From Fibrobacterales bacterium (GTDB lineage Bacteria > Fibrobacterota > Fibrobacteria > Fibrobacterales > JAOPTW01): a stretch of DNA of 39,967 nucleotides. The stretch's first letter is position 1, and the number at the start of each line of letters is the position of its first letter. Shown here one piece after another: positions 18,826 through 28,871 of this stretch. The DNA lies in assembly GCA_051532035.1 (NCBI GenBank), contig JAOPTW010000002.1, forward strand, positions 1-39,967. The letters are read 5' to 3'. Made by a program: the position numbers and the translations under genes. The notes beneath the pieces are model-generated. The model was not told where the DNA came from. It did not search any database and saw nothing but the letters and a program-made list of their open reading frames with translations.

Positions 18826-21044
18826 TGAAATTACCACTACCTACTCCACTTGAAAAAATTCTCTTTAGAAAACAAGGACCCCTCACCGATCAGCTTGAGC
18901 TGACCTCACCTGGTCTCGGACTTTCTAAGACAAACAAACATAAAGCACCCACAGCAACAACCTCATTGATTTGTGGTTACTGCTCTACAGGATGTTCACT
19001 CAATGCCCACCTAAAAGACGGTGAACTCATCAACATCACTCCAGATCCTGACTACCCCGTTAATGGCGGTGTTGCGTGCCCTAAAGGGTGGGAGGCTATG
19101 AAGGCGCTCCAAGCGGACGATAGAGCAACAACACCGTATCTCAGAGACAATAGAGGTAAATTAAAAGAGACCACTTGGGAGAGCGCCATCCCCCTCTTTG
19201 TTTCAAATGTAAAACGAATACAGAAAACCTATGGCAATGACTCTGTTGCATTTTTAAGTACAGGACAAATCCCCACTGAAGAGATGTTTTTTCTTGGCGC
19301 GCTCGCTAAGTTTGGCATGAACATTACTCACGGTGACGGTAATACTCGGCTCTGTATGGCCACAGCAGTCGTTTCATACAAACAGTCTTTTGGATTTGAT
19401 GCCCCACCCTACAGTTATGAAGACCTTGAAGAGTCAGATACTATCTTTCTCGTGGGTTCAAACATGTGTGTCGCTCACCCTATATTATGGAACCGAGTTA
19501 AAAACAACAAGCACAATCCAAAGATCATCTGTATCGACCCTCGTAAGACTGAAACAGCAATGATGTCGACACACTACTACTCACTCGCCCCCAAAGGCGA
19601 CCTCTACCTCTTTTACAGCATAGCGTCGGTTATCATATCAAATAACTGGGTAGATCTTGAGTATGTTGAAGCCAATGTAAATGGCTACAATGAATTCAAA
19701 GAATTTTTATCAGAATATTCACCAGAAAACGTAGCTGAACATACCGGGCTCTCATCCCAAGACATATATGATATGGCTGAAATGATACACTCAGGTAAAC
19801 GAGTCTCTTTCTGGTGGACAATGGGTGTCAACCAGAGTCATGAAGGGGTTCGGGTTGCTCAAGCCCTCATAAACCTAGCCCTTATCACAGGGAACATTGG
19901 GAAACCAGGTACGGGAGCCAACTCAATCACCGGTCAGTGTAATGCAATGGGCTCACGCCTCTACAGTAACACCACCAATTTATTGGGTGGGTATGATTTT
20001 CTTAAAGAAAAAGACCGTACTCATGTTGCCGACATATTAGGAATAGATCAAAAACGTATTCCTCAAGAAAACAGTTTAGCCTATGATCAAATTATTGAGG
20101 GTATTCTTCAGGATAAAATTAAGGGCCTCTGGCTTGTTGCCACAAATACTGCTCACACCTTTATCAATAGTACAGAATTTAAGTTAGTCCGCGAAAAGCT
20201 TGATTTTCTTGTGGTTCAAGATATGTACCACACCACCGAAAGCGCAGAGTATGCTGACCTCATACTTCCTGCTGCAGGCTGGGGCGAAAAAGATGGCACA
20301 TTTATAAATTCTGAGCGCCGTATTGGTATTCAGAAAAGAGTTTCTAAAGCACCCGGTACCGCCCTTTCAGATTTTAATATTTTTAGACTTATTGCTCAAG
20401 AATACTGTGGTAATGATGTGTTTTCGGAGTGGACTCATCCAGAAAAAGTATTTTCTATAATGCAAGAGCTCTCTAAAGGTCAACCGAGTGACTTTAGCGG
20501 AATCAAAGGGTACAATCATATAGATGAAGCACATGGAATACAGTGGCCTCTTCCCGAAACAGATAAACCATATAGTCCACAACGACGACTCTTTGAGGAT
20601 GGTAAATTTTATCATCCTGATCAAAAAGCAAAATTACTCTTTGAAGCTCCACGTCCGGTCTATGAACCAACTGATAGCAATTACCCCTTTATCTTATTAA
20701 CAGGTCGTGGTGCCTCCTCACAGTTTCACTCTCAAACACGGACGAATAAATCCGGCATTTTGAGAATGCTCCATTCAAAAGAGATCTATGTTGAGGTTAA
20801 TCCAGAAGATGGAAAAAAAATTGGCATACTCCCCAACGACTGGATAGTTGTGGAATCACGAAGAGGAACACTCAAGGCCCGGGTAGACTATAAGTACTCG
20901 GTGAAAAAAGGACAAGTATTTATTCCCATGCACTATAAAGAAACCAATCGTCTCACCTTCCCTTCATTTGATAAATATTCGAGACAACCCTCTTATAAAC
21001 ATTGCGCGGTACACTTACGAAAAGTGTTAAATCAAGACGAATAG
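18825..21044 (+). CDS. Mo-bis-MGD nitrate reductase catalytic subunit (NasA/NarB-like)
   Basis: CGYCSTGC...CPKG [4Fe-4S] motif; NTRLCMATA (Cys Mo ligand as in Nas/Nap); MGVNQS; GQCNAMG; EKDGTFINSERR; 1-nt overlap with upstream stop. Confidence 0.88.
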   Translation: MKLPLPTPLEKILFRKQGPLTDQLELTSPGLGLSKTNKHKAPTATTSLICGYCSTGCSLNAHLKDGELINITPDPDYPVNGGVACPKGWEAMKALQADDRATTPYLRDNRGKLKETTWESAIPLFVSNVKRIQKTYGNDSVAFLSTGQIPTEEMFFLGALAKFGMNITHGDGNTRLCMATAVVSYKQSFGFDAPPYSYEDLEESDTIFLVGSNMCVAHPILWNRVKNNKHNPKIICIDPRKTETAMMSTHYYSLAPKGDLYLFYSIASVIISNNWVDLEYVEANVNGYNEFKEFLSEYSPENVAEHTGLSSQDIYDMAEMIHSGKRVSFWWTMGVNQSHEGVRVAQALINLALITGNIGKPGTGANSITGQCNAMGSRLYSNTTNLLGGYDFLKEKDRTHVADILGIDQKRIPQENSLAYDQIIEGILQDKIKGLWLVATNTAHTFINSTEFKLVREKLDFLVVQDMYHTTESAEYADLILPAAGWGEKDGTFINSERRIGIQKRVSKAPGTALSDFNIFRLIAQEYCGNDVFSEWTHPEKVFSIMQELSKGQPSDFSGIKGYNHIDEAHGIQWPLPETDKPYSPQRRLFEDGKFYHPDQKAKLLFEAPRPVYEPTDSNYPFILLTGRGASSQFHSQTRTNKSGILRMLHSKEIYVEVNPEDGKKIGILPNDWIVVESRRGTLKARVDYKYSVKKGQVFIPMHYKETNRLTFPSFDKYSRQPSYKHCAVHLRKVLNQDE

Positions 21045-21104
21045 TAGTTCATACGATCATGGCTGGTTACGGTGACTATTAGAATTGAACAAAGGAAAAG
21101 TATT

Positions 21105-23636
21105 ATGATTAAAGAAATTGTATTAGTTGTGGGTAACGGCATGGTGGGCCTCAAGTTTTGCGAAAAACTTCGTGAGCTCGACACAGATAACCGCTATCAA
21201 ATAATCACCTTTAGTGAAGAAGGCTTCCCCGCATACGACCGAGTACACCTGAGCGAATATTTTAATGGAAAAACTGTTGATGACCTTATTCTCTCCCCAG
21301 TAGAGTGGTATATAAACAACAACATAGAGATCTATATCAACGAATCAGTAATAAAGATCAACAAAGAGTTTAAAACAGCACTCACTTCAACTGATAGAGT
21401 CTTTGAATACGATCACCTTATAATGGCAACAGGTGCAGCGGCATACGTCCCGCCTTTTCCAGGAAAAGACAAAAAAGGGGTCTATGTATATCGTAATATT
21501 GCTGACCTCGAAAACATTGAGGAGTTTGCCAAAAAAGCAGAGTCTGCAGCAGTTATAGGTGGTGGCCTTCTTGGGCTCGAAGCGGCAAAATCATTTAAAG
21601 ATCTTGGAGTAACAACCCACATTATCAATAATGGCACTAAGATGATGCCTCGACAATTGGATGATGCAGGCGCTGCACTTCTCAATACAAAAATCAGAAA
21701 ATTAAAAATAAAAACACATTTTGAACGACATACCGTTGCAATTGAAGGTAAAGAACATGTCGAAGCTCTCCGATTCAAAGACAACTCTACTCTCCCCATC
21801 GACATCGTATTGATATCTACGGGTATATACCCCCGAGATGAACTTGCAAAAGAGTCCGGCATTGAGACTGGTGAGCGGGGTGGTATCATAATAAATGATC
21901 ACCTCCAAACGAATGACCCCAATGTATACGCCATTGGTGATTGCGCACTCCATGATGGCATCATGTATGGTCTTATTGCACCAGGGTACAAAATGGCCCA
22001 GGTACTCGCTGAACGTCTTACTGGAAAAGATTCAACCTTCCAAGCGATGGATTCATCTACTCGACTCAAACTCTTTGGAGTAGATGTCTCATCTATCGGC
22101 GATCCACTAAAAAAGAGTCCTCGATATAAAGAGGTCTCTATTATGAATGAGTCCACTGGCATTTATAAGAAAATCGTGACTGATAAAATCACCAATACCC
22201 TTATTGGCGCAATTCTCGTTGGTGATAACAGCGACTACAATAAACTCTATCAATATTATATTGAAAAAACTCCGCTCCCTCCTGTTGCAGAATCACTCCT
22301 TATACAAACAGGAGATACTGATAATTCATTTGACCTAAAAGGGCAAATTTGTAGTTGTGCTAATGTCTCCTATGGCGATGTAGCGAAAGCAATTGAAGAT
22401 GGTGCTGGAGATGCCAATGAAATCAAAAAAATTACGGGCGCCGGAAGTGGCTGCGGAAGCTGTATGTCACTCGTAAAGCAGTTTCATTCGGACTATATCG
22501 AAAAAGCTGGCGGGTCAATTGACAAATCTGTCTGCGAACATTTTAGTTACTCTCGTATAGAACTTGCACAAATCATTAGAACTACAGGCGCCCGCAGTTT
22601 TCATGACATCATCACCTCACATGGCAATGGTGGCTCTGGGTGCGAGCTGTGTAAACCTGCTATCGCAAGTATTTTAGCATCTTATACAAATGATCATATA
22701 CTTCTTGAAGATCTTGCCGCACTGCAGGAGACAAATGATCGATACCTTGGTAATATTCAAAAGAATGGGACCTACTCAGTCGTACCTCGAGTACCAGGTG
22801 GAGAAATACTCCCGGAACAACTTATAGCCATTGGACAAGTCGCTCAGGAGTTCAAGCTCTACACCAAAATAACGGGCGGTCAACGGGTCGACCTTTTTGG
22901 TGCACGACTCGAAGACCTTCCGATAATATGGGAAAAACTGATAGCGGTTGGCCTCGAGTCAGGGCACGCTTATGCAAAATCGCTCAGAACTGTTAAGTCG
23001 TGTGTTGGTTCTACTTGGTGTCGCTATGGTGTGCAAGATTCAGTTAAAATGGCTATTGACCTCGAAAACCGTTACAAAGGAATCAGAACTCCTCACAAAG
23101 TAAAGATGGCAGTTTCTGGTTGTGCCCGAGAGTGCGCCGAAGCACAAAGTAAAGACGTTGGAGTTATTGCAACTGAAAGTGGCTGGAACCTCTATCTCTG
23201 TGGAAATGGCGGTATGAAACCTGCACATGCAGTACTCTTTGCTACCGATATAGATGATGCAACCCTCGTACAATATATCGACCGCTTCATGATGTATTAC
23301 ATTAGAACGGCTGACAAGCTTACCCGAACAGCATCATGGTTTGAAAACCTCCCCGGCGGCCTTGAGCATCTACAAGATGTTATCATGAAAGATTCACTAA
23401 AAATTTGCACCGATCTTGACCGTGAAATGGCATACCTTGTTGACACCTTTCAATGTGAATGGACAACTGCTGTTACTACTCCTGAAATCAGAAAGACATT
23501 TAGAAGTTTTATTAACAGTAATGCTAAAGATGAAACTATTCAATTTGTTGAGGTTCGCGGCCAAATAAAGCCCATCCTTGAGAAGGAGGAACTCATCTCT
23601 GAAGCAACTTCTACACCGGAGCCAATATACACTTAA
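21105..23636 (+). CDS. nirB: NADH-dependent siroheme nitrite reductase large subunit
   Basis: GNGMVG, GGGLLGLEAA, CSC..GSGCGSC, CEHF..GCELC, QKNGTYSVVPR, CVGSTWC, GCARECA; ATG 21105 after AAGGA. Confidence 0.95.
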   Translation: MIKEIVLVVGNGMVGLKFCEKLRELDTDNRYQIITFSEEGFPAYDRVHLSEYFNGKTVDDLILSPVEWYINNNIEIYINESVIKINKEFKTALTSTDRVFEYDHLIMATGAAAYVPPFPGKDKKGVYVYRNIADLENIEEFAKKAESAAVIGGGLLGLEAAKSFKDLGVTTHIINNGTKMMPRQLDDAGAALLNTKIRKLKIKTHFERHTVAIEGKEHVEALRFKDNSTLPIDIVLISTGIYPRDELAKESGIETGERGGIIINDHLQTNDPNVYAIGDCALHDGIMYGLIAPGYKMAQVLAERLTGKDSTFQAMDSSTRLKLFGVDVSSIGDPLKKSPRYKEVSIMNESTGIYKKIVTDKITNTLIGAILVGDNSDYNKLYQYYIEKTPLPPVAESLLIQTGDTDNSFDLKGQICSCANVSYGDVAKAIEDGAGDANEIKKITGAGSGCGSCMSLVKQFHSDYIEKAGGSIDKSVCEHFSYSRIELAQIIRTTGARSFHDIITSHGNGGSGCELCKPAIASILASYTNDHILLEDLAALQETNDRYLGNIQKNGTYSVVPRVPGGEILPEQLIAIGQVAQEFKLYTKITGGQRVDLFGARLEDLPIIWEKLIAVGLESGHAYAKSLRTVKSCVGSTWCRYGVQDSVKMAIDLENRYKGIRTPHKVKMAVSGCARECAEAQSKDVGVIATESGWNLYLCGNGGMKPAHAVLFATDIDDATLVQYIDRFMMYYIRTADKLTRTASWFENLPGGLEHLQDVIMKDSLKICTDLDREMAYLVDTFQCEWTTAVTTPEIRKTFRSFINSNAKDETIQFVEVRGQIKPILEKEELISEATSTPEPIYT

Positions 23637-23650
23637 CATCCAGCCAGCAG

Positions 23651-23695
23651 GGCCTCCTATACCATCCGTACAACTACTTTTCCGTGTAGGAGGTC
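23651..23695 (+). terminator. Stem-loop after nirB between convergent genes
   Basis: GGCCTCCTATAC pairs with GTGTAGGAGGTC (two G-U pairs); large loop and weak T-tract. Confidence 0.45.
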
Positions 23696-23698
23696 TTG

Positions 23699-24478
23699 CT
23701 ATTTTACCAAATGCTTCTTTTTTAACAATGAGAGAAACTCACCCGACCTATTGAGACGTTCTATGATCTCAACGACAAATGGATGGTGCACTTTTGATTG
23801 AGTACTGAAAATTGCACGCATATTATATTCAGAATCTTTAGTATCGCACACTCTAAAACTACTCGTATGCTCAGGGTATTCACCTATAAACGTCTGTAGC
23901 AACGACTGAGAAATTACCGCAATATCCCCACGCTTTAAAAGCAGTTTTTTAATCAATTCATTAGGATTACGGGAGAGTGACGCATTAAATTTATCTTGGA
24001 GTACCTGTCTATCAGTAGCATACTCTGCAAACACATAATGATATCCAAAAGTTAAAAGCATAGACTTACCTTTGAGGGTATGGCAAAATGAATTATCCCT
24101 CGTCTCACTCTTTAGAGCAACAAAAATATCTGCATCATTGTAGGGCACAGGGCCAACACGAAAGAGATTACTCGATAAAACATTGTGATTAGCCCAGCCC
24201 CAATTTACATCTTCAAAAAGTATCAAGTCGATATATCCATGAGTAATATCATTATACCGACGGTTCGCTGAAGTTTCCACAAAGGTAAAGTGATAAGTAT
24301 TCTGACTCTTATTGAGCAACGCTATATAATCAAGGGTAAAACCCGACTCATAATCAGCCTCTACATATGGGGGAAATATATATCCGCCAACACGTATAGT
24401 ATCAGGCTGAGTATTACAATAGCCCCCTATCATACAGCAGGCTAATACAATAAGTATATGTTTGCTTCTGAAATACAT
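23699..24478 (-). CDS. Orphan periplasmic substrate-binding protein (family 3-like)
   Basis: Signal-like N-terminus; VGGY.FPPY, G...D, S..RR, LKGK...GY.Y, L.KR.D pattern; start could be TTG 24487. Confidence 0.65.
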   Translation of the reverse strand: MYFRSKHILIVLACCMIGGYCNTQPDTIRVGGYIFPPYVEADYESGFTLDYIALLNKSQNTYHFTFVETSANRRYNDITHGYIDLILFEDVNWGWANHNVLSSNLFRVGPVPYNDADIFVALKSETRDNSFCHTLKGKSMLLTFGYHYVFAEYATDRQVLQDKFNASLSRNPNELIKKLLLKRGDIAVISQSLLQTFIGEYPEHTSSFRVCDTKDSEYNMRAIFSTQSKVHHPFVVEIIERLNRSGEFLSLLKKKHLVK

Positions 24479-24596
24479 TGTTCTCAATAGTAAGAGTTCT
24501 ATAATGAGTATACCAGATTTTCACAAATCAGCCCTACTTTTCTCTATGAAGCCATCCATTCAATACATATATACTGAGTCAGCCCTTTTTAAATAC

Positions 24597-24626
24597 AAAA
24601 AGGGCTGACACATAAATGCCAGCCCT
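24597..24626 (-). terminator. Intrinsic terminator of the phosphohexomutase gene
   Basis: Minus strand AGGGCTGGCA-TTTATG-TGTCAGCCCT-TTTT. Confidence 0.75.
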
Positions 24627-24662
24627 CAACAGCCCAATAATTAGGCTCAAAAACTAAGAAGG

Positions 24663-26279
24663 TTACTCAAAAAAGAGTTTTTTGGCCCCTTCAAACATAG
24701 CCTCTTTCTCTTCTTCTTTACGACACTCTGCATAAATACGAACTTTAGGCTCTGTTCCTGACGGACGAATAAGCATCCAAGAATCATCTTCAAAGATGAT
24801 TTTCACCCCATCCAATGTTACCAGTTGTTTAACCTTTTTATCTTCAGCACCAACTGCCACTGTTGAGCCAACAGGAGCTTTAGCAGCAACTGCATTCACC
24901 TGTGCTACAAGAGGGGCACCAACAAGACTTTTATCAACTTCAAAGCCAAAACGTTCAGGGTAAAAATAGCCATACTCTTCTTGAAGGTCTTTCAGGTATC
25001 GCCCAAGGCTTTTACCAGTTTTAGCCATCATCTCGAGCGCGATAAGAAGGCCAAACTGTGCATCTTTCTCAATGGTATTGTTATAACCAGAGATTCCATC
25101 AGACTCTTCAAATGAGATAAGAGATCTTGGATTAGCATCGACTTTATTATAGGGACGAAAGTTTTTAAATCCAACTGCCGTCTCTTTGAGTTCAACACCA
25201 AGTTTCTCAGCAATAATGTTCACAAAGTTTGATGTCGCAACCGATTTAGCCACGCAGCCTTTAATCTTACGTACCGTTGCAAGATAATGGAAAGCCATTG
25301 CACCAAAACGGTTCATATCAATTTCAATCTCACCATCATAAAAGCGGATACGGTCTCCATCAGGGTCAAAAATAACTCCGAGTTTCAACTCAGTATCTTT
25401 ACCTGCAAGAACCTCTTTTACCTCTGCAAGATTCGCAGAAGAAGGCTCAGGTGCGATACCACCAAAAAGAACATTATCATCAGTTTTAATAGTTGTCAAA
25501 CAGGCTGGGTCATTAAGAATATACCCTGGACGTCCACGAGTAGAGCCATGTACATGGTCAGTAACCAACGCGACTTTTCCTGAGGTTAAAAATGCTTCGA
25601 TTGTTGCGAAATCAATAGTACCTTTTTTAATCAAGTACTCTTTGTACACTTTTAAAATATCAAAAGTTTCCCATGCAACATCACCAGGAAATTCAAACTG
25701 ATGATCAGCCATCATTTTATTAGCATTTGCGGTAATGACTGATGTAATTTCAGAACCTGCAGGTCCGCCATCAGCTGGATTAAATTTGATACCTGCATAA
25801 TCAGCAGGGTTATGAGAAGGAGTCATATTGATAGCACATGCCGCTTCAAGCATTTCAACAGCCGCTGAATATTCAGGTGTTGATGCTTCGCCTGCAAAAA
25901 GTACTTTCACACCCTCTTTTAAAAATTCATTTGCTGCGACACGACAAAAGTCCTCACCAAGCATACGATTGTCATGCCCAATGATAAGACCTCTTTTTTG
26001 GAGTTCCTCAAAGCTATTAATGCCAAGGTGCTCCCAAAGTGCTGCATCAGCTTCTTTGTACATTTTGATCATTGCTTTTGCCACAACTTGTACATTACGG
26101 AGTGTAAATTCACTGCCGATCTCACCACGCCAGCCAGATGTTCCAAAATTTACTGTTGCTGGTTCATTTGATTTCAGTGCTGCTGCCTGAATATCTTCAA
26201 CAAGATTCCATTCTGTCTTTGGATCAAAATCCTTGCTCAGCACCTTTTTCCAGGTGCCTGTAATAGTCGCTGTGGTCAT
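24663..26279 (-). CDS. Phosphoglucomutase/phosphomannomutase (alpha-D-phosphohexomutase)
   Basis: FGTSGWRG, TPSHNP (catalytic Ser), DPDGDR (metal binding), FEES, RPSGTEP. Confidence 0.93.
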   Translation of the reverse strand: MTTATITGTWKKVLSKDFDPKTEWNLVEDIQAAALKSNEPATVNFGTSGWRGEIGSEFTLRNVQVVAKAMIKMYKEADAALWEHLGINSFEELQKRGLIIGHDNRMLGEDFCRVAANEFLKEGVKVLFAGEASTPEYSAAVEMLEAACAINMTPSHNPADYAGIKFNPADGGPAGSEITSVITANANKMMADHQFEFPGDVAWETFDILKVYKEYLIKKGTIDFATIEAFLTSGKVALVTDHVHGSTRGRPGYILNDPACLTTIKTDDNVLFGGIAPEPSSANLAEVKEVLAGKDTELKLGVIFDPDGDRIRFYDGEIEIDMNRFGAMAFHYLATVRKIKGCVAKSVATSNFVNIIAEKLGVELKETAVGFKNFRPYNKVDANPRSLISFEESDGISGYNNTIEKDAQFGLLIALEMMAKTGKSLGRYLKDLQEEYGYFYPERFGFEVDKSLVGAPLVAQVNAVAAKAPVGSTVAVGAEDKKVKQLVTLDGVKIIFEDDSWMLIRPSGTEPKVRIYAECRKEEEKEAMFEGAKKLFFE

Positions 26280-26406
26280 AGTTTTCTACCTATATATTGG
26301 GTTTTTGACATTTTGAATCAAATGTAGATTATTTGCATCTCAATCACATTTCTTAATTCTATTGAAATCCATTTCACTTAACTTTTTACTTATCATTCCA
26401 AGTCAT

Positions 26407-26423
26407 TGCATCTTTCAAGCCAG
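26407..26423 (-). promoter_or_regulatory. Candidate sigma54 promoter upstream of the phosphohexomutase gene
   Basis: Minus strand CTGGCTTGAAAGATGCA = GG-N10-GC, very similar to the nirD promoter. Confidence 0.5.
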
Positions 26424-26581
26424 AATTAAATATACTACCTCAATAAACAGGAATTTCTCACATTAATCTGGTACAGTATTGTTACACCATTTAGGGCGAT
26501 AGCCTCCTGCCCCCCACATTCAACTTTACATTATCGTTGGAAATTCTATCATTAAGCCAAATAGTAAAAAAGGAACAGACT

Positions 26582-27535
26582 ATGATTATTGAACACGCTC
26601 ATCAACTCGAAGGTGTATTTACCGCACTATTTACCCCCCTCAAGAATGATGATCCAAAGCGTTTAAATAATTCTATTGATTATGACAAAAGTAAAATGAT
26701 GATCGATGATCTCATTAATACTGGCGTTACAGGTATTGTTCCTTCAGGGACAACAGGCCAATCTGCAACTCTTTCCAATGCACAACATTTGGAGTTTATT
26801 CAATTTGTAGTTGAACATGTAAATGGTCGTGTACCTATTATTGCAGGAGCTGGCTCAAACTGCACCCGTGAATCCGTCGAGATGATTAACAAAATTCAAT
26901 CTATCTCACCGGTCCCCGTTCTCTGTGTTACTGGATATTACAACAATCCAACACAAGATGGAGTAAAGCTGCACTATGAAACTCTAGCCGCAGAAACAGA
27001 CGCAAAAATTGTTATGTATAATGTGCCTTGCCGGACTTTAAGCTACATTGAACCCGAAACAGTTATTGCCCTTGCACAAAATAGCAGTATCATTGGCATG
27101 AAACAAGCGGTCTCATTCCAGCCTGGTGGCGAACACCACGCTGATACTCAGCAGGTTGCAGACGCTACAAAAGAGCTCGATTTCACCCTTATTAGCGGTG
27201 AAGATGACTCATATTTCCATATGCTCTCTATTGGAGGCAAAAGTATTATAACGGCTACCGGTAATATTCCAGAAGCCGCACAAAAATTTCTTCAAATTAA
27301 AGAGCAGTTTGAGGCGGGAGACATTGTTAAAGCTCAAGAAACACAAGAATCCCTCAGATCTCTCGTTCAAGCATGTTTTTGTCTTAAAAACCCTATTCCT
27401 CTTGGTACTCTTTTCAATAGTCCACTTTACCAACCAATGAGTTCGGTGCGTGAAACGGCCAATGGAGAAGTGCTCTATAACTCGTTAATGGATAGCATTA
27501 AAAAAGAAGCACCTTCGCTTCTCAAGTTTCACTAG
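26582..27535 (+). CDS. dapA: 4-hydroxy-tetrahydrodipicolinate synthase (DHDPS family)
   Basis: TAL.TP, GTTGQS, GAGSN, YYN.P.Q, YNVP.RT, GMKQA (Schiff-base Lys), SGED, NPIP; ATG 26582 after AAGGA. Confidence 0.82.
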   Translation: MIIEHAHQLEGVFTALFTPLKNDDPKRLNNSIDYDKSKMMIDDLINTGVTGIVPSGTTGQSATLSNAQHLEFIQFVVEHVNGRVPIIAGAGSNCTRESVEMINKIQSISPVPVLCVTGYYNNPTQDGVKLHYETLAAETDAKIVMYNVPCRTLSYIEPETVIALAQNSSIIGMKQAVSFQPGGEHHADTQQVADATKELDFTLISGEDDSYFHMLSIGGKSIITATGNIPEAAQKFLQIKEQFEAGDIVKAQETQESLRSLVQACFCLKNPIPLGTLFNSPLYQPMSSVRETANGEVLYNSLMDSIKKEAPSLLKFH

Positions 27536-27575
27536 AGTCCACAGTAACATCCCATAAATAACGGATACGTTCTTA

Positions 27576-27917
27576 TTACTTAGATTTACTCATAAGTAGG
27601 CGAACAGTCTCTCGTAAATACTCCACAGAACTACTTGCTTTATCTATAAGCTCTCTATCACCTGTCTCCACAACATCCCAGATAGGTGCTATTGACGCAA
27701 AGAGAAGTTGCGCCGGCTCCTGTTTAAGATTAAGAGAACTCTGGACTTGAGATAAGATATTTTGAATCTGAATTTGAGACTCCCCGTCTCCCTCTTTGAA
27801 GCTCTTCATTAAGACAACTGCCCGATCAAGCAACTTCTCATATGATTTTAAACTACCTGCAGTCATAATATCACTTTTCCGATACTCTTCAATCACTTCT
27901 TGACGACGATCACTCAT
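27576..27917 (-). CDS. FliS-like flagellin chaperone (divergent)
   Basis: Directly downstream of flagellin; Y....IMTA, L.D.A, Q.IL....SSL, A..L, LRE helical pattern resembles FliS. Confidence 0.6.
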   Translation of the reverse strand: MSDRRQEVIEEYRKSDIMTAGSLKSYEKLLDRAVVLMKSFKEGDGESQIQIQNILSQVQSSLNLKQEPAQLLFASIAPIWDVVETGDRELIDKASSSVEYLRETVRLLMSKSK

Positions 27918-27931
27918 AGTATCAATTCACG

Positions 27932-28753
27932 CTATTGTAATAGCCCCAACATATTGTTTCGGGATATCTCATTAAAGTTTTTAGATGCCGCAATACCAGT
28001 CTGATTCAGAAGGCCTGCTCGCGCATTCTCCATCGCCCCTTGTGCATAGTCGAGATCTTCAATCAATGATTGCGCTGCAGCTGTCTGTATCGCTTGGTTC
28101 TTTAGATTATTATCCGTATGCTCAAAGGTATTATAGGTAGCTCCAATATTAGCTCGCTGAGAGTTCAAACTTTTCATGGCATCATCAGTTTGTGAAACAG
28201 CTGATTGTGCACCAGCCGCAGTAGAAATATCTCCACCAGCGCCAATACCATTTGCAGTAATATCAAACTCTTGAAAACTTCTTTGTTCACCAGCCTGTGC
28301 ACCGGCCTGCACCACACCAGAGCCATCTGAAAGGGGAGTTCCACCATCAGCAACTGATTGTCCATTAAAATTGGACGATTCTGAAATACGAGTGATTTCT
28401 TCGTTAAGTGCCTGATACTCTGTATTGAGGGCTTTTCGATCAGTATCTGTCAGAGTACCATTGGACGCTTGTAATGCAAGCTCTCTTTGGCGTTGCACCA
28501 TAGATGAAACTTCATTTGCTGTCCCATCCTGAATATTCAACACACTTTTCGCATCACCAATATTGACCGAAGCTTGTTTCATACCTCGAACCATTTTTTC
28601 GAGCTCTTTGGCCATAGCCAAACCTGACGCATCATCAGAAGCCCGATTAATGCGTTTACCCGTAGATAGCTTCTCCTGAATCTTTGACCAGAAGTCACTA
28701 TTTCTATTTATTTGACCTATTCTTTGGAGGCCACCAGCTTTATCAATCATCAT
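27932..28753 (-). CDS. Short flagellin (D0/D1 domains only)
   Basis: EKLSTGKRINRASDDASGL, QRQRELALQASNGT, EI.RI....FNG, RANIGA..N, S.IEDLDYA; start placed at ATG 28753 after GGGAGAG. Confidence 0.92.
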   Translation of the reverse strand: MMIDKAGGLQRIGQINRNSDFWSKIQEKLSTGKRINRASDDASGLAMAKELEKMVRGMKQASVNIGDAKSVLNIQDGTANEVSSMVQRQRELALQASNGTLTDTDRKALNTEYQALNEEITRISESSNFNGQSVADGGTPLSDGSGVVQAGAQAGEQRSFQEFDITANGIGAGGDISTAAGAQSAVSQTDDAMKSLNSQRANIGATYNTFEHTDNNLKNQAIQTAAAQSLIEDLDYAQGAMENARAGLLNQTGIAASKNFNEISRNNMLGLLQ

Positions 28754-28797
28754 ACTATACTCTCCCATAGTTAATGATGCACTGCACCGTATTCTAT

Positions 28798-28824
28798 ATA
28801 TCGACCCAAATACCGATCACTTTA
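28798..28824 (-). promoter_or_regulatory. sigma28 (FliA) promoter of the flagellin gene
   Basis: Minus strand TAAA-N15-GTCGATAT versus consensus TAAA-N15-GCCGATAA. Confidence 0.82.
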
Positions 28825-28871
28825 ACGATTTTACACTTTTATTTTAAGATTTGCATTAATTTCAGCTTTAA

